From NCBI GenBank assembly GCA_024137785.1, contig JAHRHZ010000263.1, forward strand, positions 29,521,648 to 29,584,687: a stretch of 63,040 nt of DNA. Direction: 5' to 3'. The stretch comes from Ginglymostoma cirratum (Eukaryota). Below are positions 13,470 to 26,289 of this stretch, piece after piece (within the stretch, counting starts at the first letter, position 1; each line of letters opens with the position of its first letter). Below the pieces are notes generated by a model, which did not search any database, was not told the origin of the DNA, and saw only the letters and a program-made list of their open reading frames with translations. The position numbers and the translations under genes were made by a program.

Positions 13470-13820
13470 ACCATCCACTCCTTCAGTTTGCACTATTTAT
13501 GAGATGCACTGCAGAAATTCACCAAAGATCCTCAGATAGCACTTTCCAAGCCCATGACCACTCATATCCAGAAGGACAAGGGCAGCAGATACATGAGAAT
13601 ACTATCTGCAAGTTCCCCTCCAAGCTACCCACCATCCTGACTTGGAAATCTATCGACATTCCTTCAGTGTCACTGTGTCAAAATCCTGAAATTCCTTCCC
13701 CAAGAACATTGTGGGTCAACCTACAAGACATAAGCGATTCAAAAAGACAACACATCAACACCTTCACAATAAATTGCTGACCAATCAGTGATACTCACAT
13801 CTAACAAATGAATTTTAAAA
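13470..13820 (+). mobile_element. 3' end of a CR1/L2-group LINE (same family as 26290-28590)
   Basis: Shared motifs gatgcactgcagaaattcaccaaagatcctcagatagcactttccaa and gggcagcagatacatg, ending in an A-rich tail. Confidence 0.6.
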
Positions 13821-14159
13821 TGTTCCCAAATTTTCCTCTAAGAGATGACAGTTCTGTGATGGTGTCTCAGCAGCAACTCAGTTTGTGACAACAATGTCCC
13901 TCACTCATCTGGAGGAAATGGCCTTGAGAACAATAGGTTCTGGACCTCCTATACCTCCTCCACATCCCGAGAGGAACTTCAGTTACAGTTTCTTCATGAA
14001 TTGTTTATTCAGCAACCGAGGGAAGTTGCTGCTGCCGGTGGACTTGCATTTACTCCTCCTCGATTCCTCTGTGCCTTCATTGCACCAAGGCTAGAGCAAC
14101 AATAACATCTACTGGGTGGCTGAATCAATTGGTCAGGGTTCCAACAAAATTATGCAGGG

Positions 14160-14575
14160 AATATAGGAACAGAGGAAAGTAGGAACAGGGTAGGCCGTTC
14201 AGTACATCAATCCTGCTCTGCCATTCAATGCGATCATGTCTGACTGAATACTTTTGTTCACCCCATCCCCTTAATCTCGTAGGCCCCTGGTAATCAAAAA
14301 TCTATCAATCCCTACCTTACACCTACTCAAAGAGTGAGCCTCCACAGCCCTCTGCGGCAGAGAATTTCAAAGTTTCACAATGCTCTATGTAAAACAAAAA
14401 TCCTCATCTACACTTAAGTGGTATCCTCTTATTTTTAAATTGTGTCCCCTGGTTCTAGACTGCCTAACCAGGGGAAATATCATACCTGTATCTACCCTAT
14501 CTATCCCTTGAAACATTTTGTAAGTTTTAATGAGATCACTTCCCATTCTTTGAAACTTTGGAGAATATAAGCCCT
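14160..14575 (-). mobile_element. CR1-like LINE 3' fragment
   Basis: ORF 14385-14579 contains GSDLIKTYKMFQGIDRVD...SRTRGHNLKI, a CR1 ORF2 C-terminal motif. Confidence 0.75.
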
Positions 14576-15463
14576 GCAATCAAATATGCGAGATACCAAC
14601 CATGGCCGCAAGCAGTTTTGACCATGCCATTGATCTTTACAAGTTGATAACAGACATCTCCGTGAAGCAGAAGTAACCATAGATGACTTAAAGGTATCAA
14701 CTGTGGGTCACAATTCACAAAGAACATTCAAAGTCTCATAGGCTGAACAGCAGGTGATTTGCTCTCACATTGAACTGTAAGTATTTGCCACACTGGCCTA
14801 CTGCCCAGATTGTAATGATATGGAACACATGTCCCTGACGACCCCAAACAGCTGACTGGCTGTACCTATTCACCTGGATTGAGGACAGGCACTGCCCTTG
14901 ACTTGACTGAGGTCTGCTCCAATTAGACTTTTGAGATATGGCCATTTGGCTGAAGCACATGCTGTGTATTTGCCACATAAGCTGTTGGTGCATGCTGTAG
15001 GTGTAATACTGACATAGCAAAGTGCCGTACAGCAACATATCCAACCACATGACTGATTACTGCTGACAACTATGACAAGCTTCCGGGCTGTGTCTGTGCT
15101 AAAAGGCAAGGCGATACAGAACTACTGTCAGCTTGTAAGCTCTGAAAGGGGTAACAAAGTGCAAATAGGCAAGGAAATACATGATGGAGATACTGCAAGT
15201 GTTCAAGCAGGCACAAAGTCAGTAAGCACTAAGAAATCAAGCAAAGAATTCTGAGATGCAGCCTGCTCCAATGCATGAGATGGTGCCTGTCCCTGCACAC
15301 AGGGGTCTGGCAGCAGCATTACAATGAAAGGTGCGGTGTGCTCTGAAAAGCAGAATTAAAGTGGACAACTGTTTTCTAAATAGGTCAGAGATGTGCCATG
15401 ATGATGCTGTGATGTTTGTGTGTGTTTGCTGCCATCCTCTGGGGATTAGGAGTGGGAGGACTC

Positions 15464-15484
15464 TGTGTGTGTGTGTGTGTGTGT
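15464..15484. repeat. (TG)n microsatellite
   Basis: Direct tgtgtg run. Confidence 0.85.
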
Positions 15485-16345
15485 TGGTTGGAAGTGTCAC
15501 CCATGGGGTTTACTTACCTTACATTGTTGGGGACTGCTGTCCAAGCTGGAGGCCTGAAGGAGCAAGCAGAAAGCTAGTGCTGTCAGGTACCCACTCTGAC
15601 TTTCATATAGGGAATTATCACCATCTAGTTTCTCTCATTATGAAATCTCACTTTTATCTCTACATTCAATGTATCAGCTAACTTACTCAACGTAGCCTTG
15701 GTCAAAGATTTTAAATAATCCTTTTTAATGTTTTCAATTCCCAGAATGATCTGAGCAACAGTCAAAGCCATTTTGAAATTCTAATCCATGTAACATCTTT
15801 CACAACAATACCCAGTTTTAAGGTTCAGTACCTCAACGTAGACATTTCTTTAAAAGACTTTCAGATTCACTCTTCAATTCAAAATATTTCTATCCCATCA
15901 AAACTGTTCACCATTGTTATGATCCCCGTTGCTGGTAATACTGCACAACCCATTGCCCACGGTGAAACCCCATTGGAATGAGATGCCTAAAATTGATTAC
16001 CCAGCATTTAGAATTAAAAGCAGGGAATCTGATGTTGATGTGTCAGTGCCAGAGTTTGCTAAGACCCGGTTAGAAATCAAAAAGCTTGAATTAGCAGTAA
16101 AGAAGAAATAGGGAGAAAAAAATTAGAGAGAGGAGGAAAAGAGAAAATAGCAGACAGGAGAAAGATACCTAAAACAGAAAGGGAAAGAGTAAACAGTATA
16201 AAGAAAAGAGCAATAAAAAGGGAGGAGGAACAAAGGAAGAGAGAACTGGAAGTTTATAATTTGTGAGATAGTAGGAACTGCCAATGCTGGAGTCAGAGAT
16301 AACACAGTGTGGAGCTGGAGGAACACTGCAGGCCAAGCAGCATCA

Positions 16346-16745
16346 NNNNNNNNNNNNNNNNNNNNNNNNNNNNNNNNNNNNNNNNNNNNNNNNNNNNNNN
16401 NNNNNNNNNNNNNNNNNNNNNNNNNNNNNNNNNNNNNNNNNNNNNNNNNNNNNNNNNNNNNNNNNNNNNNNNNNNNNNNNNNNNNNNNNNNNNNNNNNNN
16501 NNNNNNNNNNNNNNNNNNNNNNNNNNNNNNNNNNNNNNNNNNNNNNNNNNNNNNNNNNNNNNNNNNNNNNNNNNNNNNNNNNNNNNNNNNNNNNNNNNNN
16601 NNNNNNNNNNNNNNNNNNNNNNNNNNNNNNNNNNNNNNNNNNNNNNNNNNNNNNNNNNNNNNNNNNNNNNNNNNNNNNNNNNNNNNNNNNNNNNNNNNNN
16701 NNNNNNNNNNNNNNNNNNNNNNNNNNNNNNNNNNNNNNNNNNNNN
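16346..16745. other. Assembly gap (400 N), preceded by a Penelope-like terminus at about 16264-16345
   Basis: Run of N. The left flank gagatagtaggaactgccaatgctggagtc...ggccaagcagcatca matches the start of the element at 34651. Confidence 0.95.
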
Positions 16746-17965
16746 TAATTTGGTTACCATGAACACTGAACACATTCACAAGAGGTTGCCAATGTACATT
16801 AACAAAATAATGTAAGTTTATTACACAGAATAAAAAAGAAAAACAAAGCTATATATAAATATGACAATTTGAAAAGATCCACAATATACATCAAAAACAA
16901 GAATGCAAACTTTTTTTCCCAGCAACATCCTTTACAGGCACTGAAAGCCACTGAAATATCAATGCTATCTTCACTTTAAGATTTCTTATTAATTGACAAT
17001 GTCATAAATATTTCCTTTCAGTAAACTTCTGCACAATCACCCAATGTGACTTTCTCTGTGGGACACATTGACACAGGCAAATTCACCAAATATTTTCACT
17101 GAATTCTAAGAAAAAGTTCAAGGCTTTGACTACTTTTACGCTGCTAAACCACTATTCTGTCTGTGTGGATCTTTTCTTCTGGACTGGACCTGCTTCTGGC
17201 CTCTGGCATTTCTTTCAGTTACACTAAATTCAAAAAGCTCAACTTTGTAAACACCTCAGCAATTGTCTCACCAGGAAGCTTCCCTGTTCATTTAGTCTAA
17301 GTCATATGGTTTCTTTGAAATGCTGTTTTGATACACTATTAAAAAAATTAGTTTCTAACCTTTAAAAAGAGTCACTTTCATAGAATTGAAGAACCTAAAT
17401 CCATTTGTATCTACCTTAGAAACCAAGGTTCAAAAAATTAACAAAATATTGTAAAGCTTCATCACAATATAAACGCTGAGCTTTTGATGAATCTCATAAG
17501 TCAAGGTCCAAAAAGTGAAACAATTTTGATAAACTCCACTGTGGCTATGATTTCCACTTCTCGGCACCTGCAAAATGTGAAGGCTTTGTAGAGGGCTCAA
17601 TATAAAATTTATTAGAATGGCTCCAGGGATGAGAGATTGTAGAGAAGTTGAGATTGTTCTCCCAGGAGGCAAGAAGCCTAAGGGGATTTATTGGCAATGT
17701 ATCCAATTATGAAAGGTTCAGATAGAATAAATGGAAACTGTTTCCAGTGGATAAAGGACTGATACAATCAGATGGTCCACATATCATTTTAATTAAATTC
17801 ATTGACAAAAGAACCAGAGGTGACAAGAGGATAATTTTTACACAAACAGTGGTTAGGAATTGGAAAGTACTACCTCCCTACAATTCATGTGGATGCAAAT
17901 TCAAATCGGTGTTCCAAGGGAAATTGGAAAATTACCTACAGCAAAACAAAAAGGAGAAGGAATGA

Positions 17966-18298
17966 TCATGGTGGCTCAGTGGTTAGCACTGCTGCCTCAC
18001 AGCGCCAGGGACCCAGGTTCGATTCCAGCCTTGGTCTGTGTGGAGTTTGCATATTCTCCCTGTGTCTGCGTGGGTTTCCTCTGGGTGCTCCGGTTTCCTC
18101 CCACAGTCCAAAGATGTGCAGGGTAGGTGGATTGGCCATGCTAAATTTCCCATAGTGCCCAGGGATGTTTAGATTTGGCGGGTTAGACAAGGGAAATGCA
18201 GGGGTAGGAGAATTGGTCTGGGTGGGATGTTCTTCAGACGGGTAGTGTGGACTTGTTGGGCCAAATGGCCTGTTTCCACACTGTAGTGATTCTATGAT
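17966..18298 (+). mobile_element. tRNA-derived SINE, HE1/V-SINE-like
   Basis: Pol III A box (tggctcagtgg) and B box (ggttcgattcc), central V-domain-like tgtgtggagtttgca...gggtttcctc...ccggtttcctcccacagtccaaag, and a LINE-like tail ending in gattctatga. Confidence 0.85.
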
Positions 18299-20289
18299 TA
18301 TATCTTGAGTTGGCAGAAGTGGTAGAACTGACAGGCTTTCTCTTTGGAAGAACGGGTGTAGATCTGATGGCCTGAATAGCCTCCTCCTGTACTGCACCAT
18401 TAGGCTCTAGAGGGCCCAAAATGGGTTGAGGAAACACACGACAGAAGCTGTTGAGGCTTTAAAATGGGAAGGGTAAAGGAGGAGGCATGGGCCCAGAAAC
18501 AGATGATGCACCAAGGCCCATCATTCATTCTTCTAACCTTGTTAATGACCAGAAATTTACCTGGACCAGCTACACAAATACAGTGACTGCACAAGGAAAT
18601 CAGAGGTTTGAAATTCTGCAGTAAGTAGTTCACTTATTGACTACATCCTGACCCATCCAGTCACTAACATCTGTCCACCAACTACAATGCGTAAGTGAGG
18701 AATGTGATAGAATAGTTCCCAGTTGACTGGATGGGCGCAGTAACACAGCAGTCAGTACAACACAGTCCAAATTAACTCAAGCAGGTTGATTGATTGGTAC
18801 CTCATTGACCACATTAAACATTGAATCCATCCACCAGCCAAGCATGATGGAATTGGTGTACACCTTCTGCAAGATGCAGTACAGCAATTCACCAAAGGTA
18901 TTTCACTCTGTGCAGTTTGGCAATTTTTGAACATTGTACAGGTGGCTATTTGACAGCAACTTCCAAACAAGTAGCTTTTACTATTTAGAAGAACAAAACA
19001 CAACTCAAGCACAGGAAACCCACCAACTGCAAGCTCCCTTCCAAGCCATACACCTTCCTGACTGGGAAATATATCACAGTTCTTCCACTGTTTCTGGTCA
19101 AAATTCTGGAAATGCCTTTCTAACAGCACTATAAACACCTTCTCAAGGGTAATTAGAGATGATAGTACCTAGATCCCATGACTGAAGAAAAAAGGTTAGA
19201 TGCAATCATTTAGAAAAAAATCAAACCTACCATTAAAGCTTCAAAAAGCCATGTTTCACAAAGTCCTCTAGAATTTTATTGTTACGTGCTTGGAATCCTA
19301 AACACTCTTTATGTTGCATTCTGAAATATGTATCTCATCACTGTTTGGTCAGCAGGGCAATCAGTCTGAGAAAATATTGTAATTAGCAAATTTGGTTTAC
19401 TGATCACAATTTTAGAATTTTGGTTTGTAGTATATGCTTTCTTTATATAGATACATCACATTTGATAGACACTAAACCAGGACAGAAAAGGCTTGTGGTA
19501 GATTCATCAGCTTTATTTTAATATTAGCAATTCTTTCAGGCTGTTACACATGTTAAATCAAAGGATGCATTTTTAGGCATGGGATCATTTATACCACGTA
19601 AAATGCAGCCTACTGTTCTGCTGTTAAGGTGTAAATGTTCCGTCTCTGTTTCTTCCTCAAACTGTTACTTGAAAATTTGCATAAAACATTATCACCTGAA
19701 GTGTGATAAATAACTTGTGTGACAGAAAGTGTGGGACTAGATACTGGTTTATCACTTTAGACATGTAAAGCAGTACTTTTTACGACTGTAAAAAGAATTC
19801 TACACAGACAATATAGTGCACTACTACATAGTCCAGTTTATTTGTGATGAAATTCTCTAGTTACATATAATATCTTACTGAGCAAATACAGCAGTCTGAC
19901 TGGTAACATTTGTGACACACTCAATTCCAAATTTGTTTTTCTTTTTATCAACCTGTTTGGACATGCTATGGCTCACCTATCCATTATATCTTCAGGTGGC
20001 ACATGAACTTGGACCTTCTGGTCCAGAACAGGGACATTCATACTGCCCCAAAAGACCCTAATTATCCATAAGGATTAGAGTGGTAATATTCAGTTCTGCC
20101 CGTCACTGGGAGAAGGGTTATTGCAAGGTTTTCAATAGGTCATTCATGACAGTTCAGGGTCCACTGAAGAGCAATTCAAAAGATTGGGATTTAAAAGCCA
20201 GCATGTGAGCTGGTGTAGAAGTGCTGGGTTTTATTTGCATTGTCCGGAAGGCATTTGAATTAAACTGGTTTTCCATCGGCAGCACAATG

Positions 20290-20445
20290 AGTTTACCCAA
20301 AACATTGACTGCCCCTTTCTACCCGAAACATTGACTGCTCCTTCCAGTCCTGAAGAAGGGTAATACCCAAAATGTTGACTGCTCCTTTCCTCCAGATGCT
20401 ACCTGGCTTGCTGTGTTCGTCCAGCCTCTTGTTTGTCTACCTAGA
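20290..20445 (+). repeat. Penelope-like terminal fragment with a short internal triplication and a degenerate hammerhead core
   Basis: Three copies of taccc(a/g)aaa(c/t)(a/g)ttgactgc, plus CTGAAGA-agggta-ataccc-AAAATGTT. Confidence 0.55.
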
Positions 20446-20919
20446 CCTAACAGCAACTGGATAGCTTTGTGTTGTTATAACACACGCCAAGTTCTATAAG
20501 TTATGGGGCAGTTAGGTGTAGCAGTCAAGGCTTACGAAAAGTCTTGGAAGTTGTTCTAGCTTACAAGAAGCCAGGTGCCACCCATTAGTCAGTACAGTGG
20601 AGAGTGGGGTTAAAAAAGCCCATAAACAGTGTCTGCTTGATGCAGCTGTGCAAGACGGAAACTCGTGAAAAAAAAAGGAAAGATTCTTGGAAGGCCAGAA
20701 GGGAAAAAATGTAATCCCTTTTGACGTTGACTGAGATTTGATGACCTTTCAGGTCATTGAGGTCTGGGAGGAGTTGCTGAGAACCAGTGAGATTGTGCTG
20801 ATCGCATTCATTGCTTGAGGTGCTCTTTGAGTGATGCGTGTTTGCAGGGTGATTTACCTGATGTGGTACTGTTTACGTTGTCCTATATGACATAAGAGAC
20901 TGAGCATGGATATCATGGT

Positions 20920-21137
20920 AAAAAACCAAAACAACTGCAGATGCTGGAAATCAGGAACAAAAAAGAAATTGCTAGAAAAAGTCAGCAGGTCTGGCAGCAT
21001 CTGCGGAGAGAAATCAGAGTTCATGTTTTTGGGTTTGTTCTGAATAAGGGTCACTGGACCTGAAACGTTAACTCTGACTTCTCTCCACAAATGCTGTCAG
21101 ATCTAGTGACTTTTTCCAGCAATTTCTGTTTTTGTTA
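20920..21137. repeat. Penelope-derived fold-back element (same family as 5008-5215)
   Basis: Inverted arms flank gtt-CTGAATA-agggtc-actg-gacct-GAAACGTT-aac, a hammerhead core with a G-to-T change. Confidence 0.7.
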
Positions 21138-21532
21138 TAGGTATTGTAGTATTGAAGAACCAATGAGCATTTATTACAGATAACTATTACGAGCAAACAC
21201 TATATTCACAGTCACATCAAAATCTGGGCTAACTTTGAACTATTAGATTACAACTAAGCACCATGCTTTCAGTTGTATGCCATACATCAAGTGATCCAAG
21301 ATAAGATGGAGTCTGTGATCTTTATACTCATAAATCACATGCTATGATACAGTGATAATATAATGAGTAAGTCTCTCAAAGATTTACTGATGCACCGTGA
21401 CTCTTAAAGAATGAGTTCAGAACGAGAGAACATTGTTTTGAAATTAGGGGTTGCCCTTTTAGGTCAGAGATAAAGGGGTTTTTTTCTTTCTTAGAGTTGT
21501 GCAACTTTGGAAATCTGCTTCAGAATATTGGG

Positions 21533-21868
21533 AGCAGCACAGTGGCTCAGTGGTTAGCACTGCTGCCTTGCAGCACCAGAGACTAGGGTTCAATTCCACC
21601 CTTGGGCGACTGTGTGGAATTTGCAAATTCTTCCCGTGTCTACACTGGTTTCCTTCCACAGTCCAAAGACAAGCAGGTTTGGTGGGCTGGCCATACTAAT
21701 TGCCCATAGTGTCCAGGAATGTGTAGGTTAGGTGATTTAGCAATGGGAAATGCAGGGCTACTAGGACAGGATAGAGTAGGGGTGGGTCTGGTTGGGATGT
21801 TCTTCGGATGGTCAGTGTGGACTCAATAGATCAAATGGTCCGCTTCCACATTGTAGGGATTCTATGAT
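21533..21868 (+). mobile_element. tRNA-derived SINE, HE1/V-SINE-like
   Basis: A and B boxes (tggctcagtgg, ggttcaattcc), with the same body and tail as 17966-18298. Confidence 0.8.
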
Positions 21869-22269
21869 TGTACAAATATGGTGGAGGAAGGACATTGAAC
21901 ACTTTAAAGAAATGTGTAGACTGATTCTCTTTCCTAGCAAAAATCTATGGTTATCAAGGATAGAAAGGAATATGGAATTCAGAACACAAATAGATCAGTC
22001 ATGATCTTTTTGAATGGTTGAGCAGACATTAAGTACTGAGTGCTCTCCTTCTGCTCCTAATTCATATACTTGTATGTTTGTCAACTCACCATGAGACATA
22101 GCACCATCACCAGTACTTCTATGTCCTTTTCATATCATACCATATGCACGTGTAATCAATACCATAAAATTCACATTCACCTAACAAGGGGTGCAAATTT
22201 TGTTAGTATACAATGAATCAATAAATAGTCACATGGTAGTACAGAACTTGAGTACTGCTGAAAAAAAAA

Positions 22270-22950
22270 GATATTCTGGTCAAAGCTTTCTCATCTTGTA
22301 TTCATCAAGACAGTTCCCGAGCATATCACCTTAGGGGAAGAACCAATTTTTATACTGTATTAGAGGAGAGTGCTGATTGATTTGCAAATGGACTTTGATT
22401 GGTAGAGGAATTCATGGAGAATGTATCAGTTAATAAAGATTGGCAGTTAACTGCCAGGCTTGGTTTAAATTTTAAATCAGGTTGACTCATCTATGTTGTT
22501 GAGCTGAAGCATTTACTGTGTATGAATGTGTTTTTTTCTCTGTGCAAGGAACATTATTAATATGTAGCTTCTAGAACATGCAAATATGCCATACTGAAAG
22601 CCCAATTTAAAGTCATAATTGGTTGTCAAGTAATCTTTCGCACACTCAGGATTAGCCAAAACAAAAATGACTCAACAAAATAGATGATAATAATTAGCTG
22701 GTATATTTCTCAGGTTAAATTCTTAAACCATCCAAGCCAACCTGCCTCATTTAAAATTTAAACAATCCCTGGCCGTTATCTGTCCTTTACTTTAACTTGG
22801 GGATTCCCCATGGCAATACCTCCATGAATCAGATCCACTTGCCAACTAATCAGCACACTCCTTTCATATAGTTTAAAAGTTGGTTTCTGCCATTACTTGG
22901 TAATTCTCGCAAGTTGTACTGATAAGTGCAAAACAACAAAAATGCCTTGT
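22270..22950. mobile_element. Old Penelope-like remnant with about 200-bp inverted arms
   Basis: About 22285-22490 and about 22740-22940 are diverged reverse complements. The spacer on the minus strand encodes NPECAKDY...AYLHVLEATY-like GIY-YIG C-terminal remnants. Confidence 0.55.
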
Positions 22951-23387
22951 CTGGCAGTAATCACTAAATACTGTAGTCACAACTTTTGAAAAAGGTTTGA
23001 ATTTCGCATTTGGAATCTATTTCCGAGGAGCTTGCGCTTTCACATTTGCAAAATCTTTCACTATGAGTTTTACCTCTTTATGTCTATTCTTCTGCCTAAG
23101 TCACCCCAGGTCTCAAAAGTTCACCTGTAAAGTTGAAGCCCATGAAAGACTGTTTTTTTTTAAAAAAAACAATGCCCGAATTGATTGCCTTAGTTAGCGC
23201 TCCCGGCCTGTCACCATGGCTCCTGAAAGGGAGAAGAGTATATTGGGAATTGTTGCTCATTTCACGGTATCCCGGGTTGAGATAAGAAATGAACGGAAGA
23301 GCGGGAGTAGGGGACTTCACTTGTATCGGATATGGTCCCAAGTTGAAAAGCAGCATGATCCCGGGTAAAGCCCCATTGCCCTCATAC

Positions 23388-23461
23388 CGCATTTGCCTCT
23401 CCTGCTCCAACTCACTGCTCAGCTGCTCGAGCTCCGAGGACTCTCCGCGCACCTCCTCCAT
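23388..23461 (-). CDS. CCDC169: CCDC169 coding exon 1 (74 nt): MEEVRGESSELEQLSSELEQERQM(R)
   Basis: ATG at 23461-23459 in a strong context (aggATGG) and a CG|gtatga donor. Phase 2 fits exon 2. It lies in a CpG-rich patch, and the position downstream of SPART matches human synteny. Confidence 0.8.
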
Positions 23462-23598
23462 CCTCGCTCCCAGCCCCGCTTGTTACAGTCGTCACCGTGG
23501 CAACGCAATGTCATGTGACTCGCACCCGGAAGTCCCTTGTCTCCTCTCTGCGTGAAGTGTACGGCCCCGCGAAGTCTGTCATTCTGTGAGGAGTTGCT
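23462..23598. promoter_or_regulatory. Compact CpG-rich bidirectional promoter (CCDC169 and the novel plus-strand gene)
   Basis: RFX X-box GTCACCGTGGCAAC at 23491-23504, M-box/CLEAR-like GTCATGTGAC at 23510-23519 and ETS/GABPA CCGGAAGT at 23526-23533. Locally high CpG in a CpG-poor window, with divergent ATGs 137 bp apart. Confidence 0.75.
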
Positions 23599-23662
23599 AT
23601 GGATAGAAGGGAGCTATTGTCTGATTCTGCCAAAGAGTATGACAGGATGAAAGCCAATATAG
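23599..23662 (+). CDS. Putative novel coiled-coil microprotein gene, exon 1 (64 nt): MDRRELLSDSAKEYDRMKANI
   Basis: Strong Kozak context GCTATGG, open frame to a strong AG|GTAAGA donor (phase 1), directly downstream of the promoter motifs. Confidence 0.65.
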
Positions 23663-23926
23663 GTAAGAATGCATATTAAGGGTTACAGATATACTATGGT
23701 TTATTTGTAATTTCTCCTATTCTCAAGAATATAATATCGACTGACTTTTACTACAGACACTGCTGATGTTTTTAAACTTTTGCTTTCAGAGTTTCAATAT
23801 TTCATTTTCCTCTAAATTATTCAATGTGAGGGACATAAACTGGACAAGATATTCTAAATGAGACCTAATCAAGAATGATTTTGTGCTGTGTTGAATTTAT
23901 CTAAGAAATACATTCAAATTTTCAGG

Positions 23927-25161
23927 GATAACAAGGTGTAGAGCTGGATGAACACAACAGGCCAAGCAGCATCAGAGGAGCAGGAAAGCTGATGTTTCGG
24001 ACCTAGAAACCTTCTTCAGAAATAGTGGAGGGGAAGGGGGTTCTGAAATAAATAGGGAGAGGGGGAGGCGGATAGAAGATGGATAAAGGAGAAGATAGGT
24101 GGAGAGGAGACAGACAGGTCAAAGAGGCGGGGCTGGAGCCAGTAAAGGTGAGTGTAGGTGGGGAGTTGGGCGGGGGTGGAAATAGGTCAGTACAGGGAGG
24201 ATGGACAGGTCAAGGGGGTGGGATGAGGCTGGTAAGTAGGAGATAGGGGTGGGGCTTGAGGTGGGAGGAAGGACAGGTTAGGGAGGTGGGGACAAGCTGG
24301 GCTGGTTTTGGGATGCGGTCGGGGGAGGGGAGATTTTGAAGCTTATGAAATCCACATTGATGCCATTGGGCTGCAGGGTTCCCAATTGAAATATGAGGTG
24401 CTGTTCCTGTAACCTTCGGGTGGCATCTTCGGGGCACTGCAGGAGGCCTAGGATGGCATGTTGTCTAAGGAGTGGGAGGGGGAGTTGAAATGGTTCACGA
24501 TTGGGAGGTGCAGTTGTTTATTGCGAACTGAGCATAGGTGTTCCACAAAGTGGTCCCCAAGGACATTTTTCAAGGACTGCAACTCTTTCCCCCCACCACA
24601 GTGGTTGAAAGCGCCTTCGCCCACGTCTTCCGCATTTCCCGCAACTCATCCCTCACACCCCCTCCCCGCAATGACAACCAAAACAGGATCCCCCTCGTCC
24701 TCACATACCACCCCACCCAACCTCCAGATCCACCGCATCATCCTCCGGCAATTCCGCCATCTACAAACTGACACCACTACCAAAGACATATTTCCCTCCC
24801 CACCCTTATCTGCTTATTGGAAGGACCACTCTCTCCGTGACTCCCTCATCCACTCCACACTCCCCACCAGTCCCACCACTTCTCCCTGCAACCTCAAGAA
24901 GTGCCACACTTCCGCCCTCACCCCCATCCCAGGCCCCAGGAAGACCTTCCAGATCAAACAGATGTTCACCTGCACATCTGCTAATGTGGTATGCTGTATC
25001 CGCTGTTCCCGATGTGGCCTCCTCTACATTGGGGAAACCAAGCGGAGGCTTGGGGCCCGCTGTCAGCTTTCCTGCTCCTCTGATGCTGCTGGGCCTGCTG
25101 TGTTCATCCAGCTCTACACCTTGTTACCTCAGATTATCCAGCATCTGCAGTTCCTACTATC
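23927..25161 (+). mobile_element. Penelope-like retroelement (Neptune-like), truncated, with an inverted 5' arm
   Basis: ORF 24458-25165 encodes a Cys-rich linker (PCNLKKC) and the GIY-YIG motif VVCCIRCSRCGLLYIGETKRRLG. Positions 23927 to about 24555 are an inverted copy of the element's 3' end. Confidence 0.85.
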
Positions 25162-26289
25162 TTAAATTTTAAAACCTAGTTCTGCACTTACCCACAAGAG
25201 GAAACATTCTTTCCATATCCACCTTATCAAGACCATTCAGGATCTTGCACATTTTAATCAAATCACCCTTCGTTCTTCTGAACTCTAGTGAAAACCAGCC
25301 CAACAATGTCCTCGTAAGAAGAGGCATGACCAATGTTCCATCTATTTCTTTCCTGCTGAGCCCGGAGCTATGCATCAGCATGCCAATCTATGTGCGTGGG
25401 GCTTCTCAGCCTAGCTGTGCAACTAAGAAGTGACATTGACCATGGTGTCCTTTTGGGTTGGGGTGTTCTGAGAGGTACGTGCTTTGAGTGTTGCCAATCG
25501 ATCTGCTACAAGTCATTGTCGTCACTTGTAAATCTCACTGTCCTGATGTCTGAAGCTGCCATTAAACCATCACAACTATTAACTCGACTAATTCAGCCTT
25601 TTCTCATAATACAGAGGTGCATTTATACAGGAAAAATTATTTTACTTTCATGTGAGGATACAAATTTATGCAAAAGGTGTCTTTCTCTTTCCTGTTCGCA
25701 CGTTTTATTTTCATTCATTTTTACACACTGCTATGCTTAAAATTGGACAGCTGAGGCTACAACTGGGAAATCTTGAATCCATTTTGAGAAATAAACAAGT
25801 TCCGCAATGCTGACTTTTGTACAGGTTCCATATCTCTCGATCTGTATAGTCTTGCTCACCGTCAGAGGACAAGTTTTCCTTGCTCACTTGAATAAAGCGT
25901 AATCCAGGCCTTTTTATTGGCTTCTCTTGCTATTGCGAGGTGCTGGATTGTCTGATTGGCAGGTCTGCACCAGAGGAGGATATTAGTTCCAATTTAGCCA
26001 AACAGTTCATCAATACAATTCTCTCATTGCGAACAATTGTCCCACCAGGGACTGCGTCATCTAATCTTTGACAAGTTGCATTTGTGCTTATTATGTATAA
26101 ATAAGAATGTAATTCCAGATGAAGCATGATCTGATTTTGCAAAAAAGCAAATGAATATTAAAATTAATTACTTAATCAGTGTGCAAAGTTAACAAAGGAC
26201 AAAAATGTTAATTTTTATATTTAGGAATGAGAACTAAAAGTTATCTTAAAACAGCAGCATCCGGTTCATCATGGGAACAAACTAAGCTG

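Noticed and set aside
15915-16260. Possible Gypsy gag N-terminal remnant (AKTRLEIKKLEL followed by a purine-rich tract)
   Set aside because: Too short, broken by stops, and no LTR or pol evidence is visible.
16123-16815. Five long ORFs in the track
   Set aside because: Artefacts of translating the 400-N gap.
17966-18035. tRNA-like sequence with A and B boxes (also at about 21533-21605)
   Set aside because: These are SINE heads that continue into a SINE body and tail, not tRNA genes.
20290-20385. Three short spaced direct repeats, superficially CRISPR-like
   Set aside because: Eukaryotic context, irregular short spacers and no cas genes. It is a local duplication inside a retroelement terminus.
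23096-23387. Continuation of the 121-aa minus-strand ORF past CCDC169 exon 1
   Set aside because: Intron read-through after the CG|gtatga donor. The coiled-coil character stops there and homology resumes at exon 2.
23790-23815. Strong-looking plus-strand acceptor (tttaaacttttgctttcag) 127 nt after novel exon 1
   Set aside because: Gives only (E)FQYFIFL* and breaks the heptad pattern. It cannot be excluded as a minor isoform, but it is less convincing than the 31420 acceptor.
25631-25676. Candidate extra plus-strand exon (G)KIILLSCEDTNLCK
   Set aside because: Weak pyrimidine tract, weak gtgtct donor, and the 46-nt length would shift the frame.
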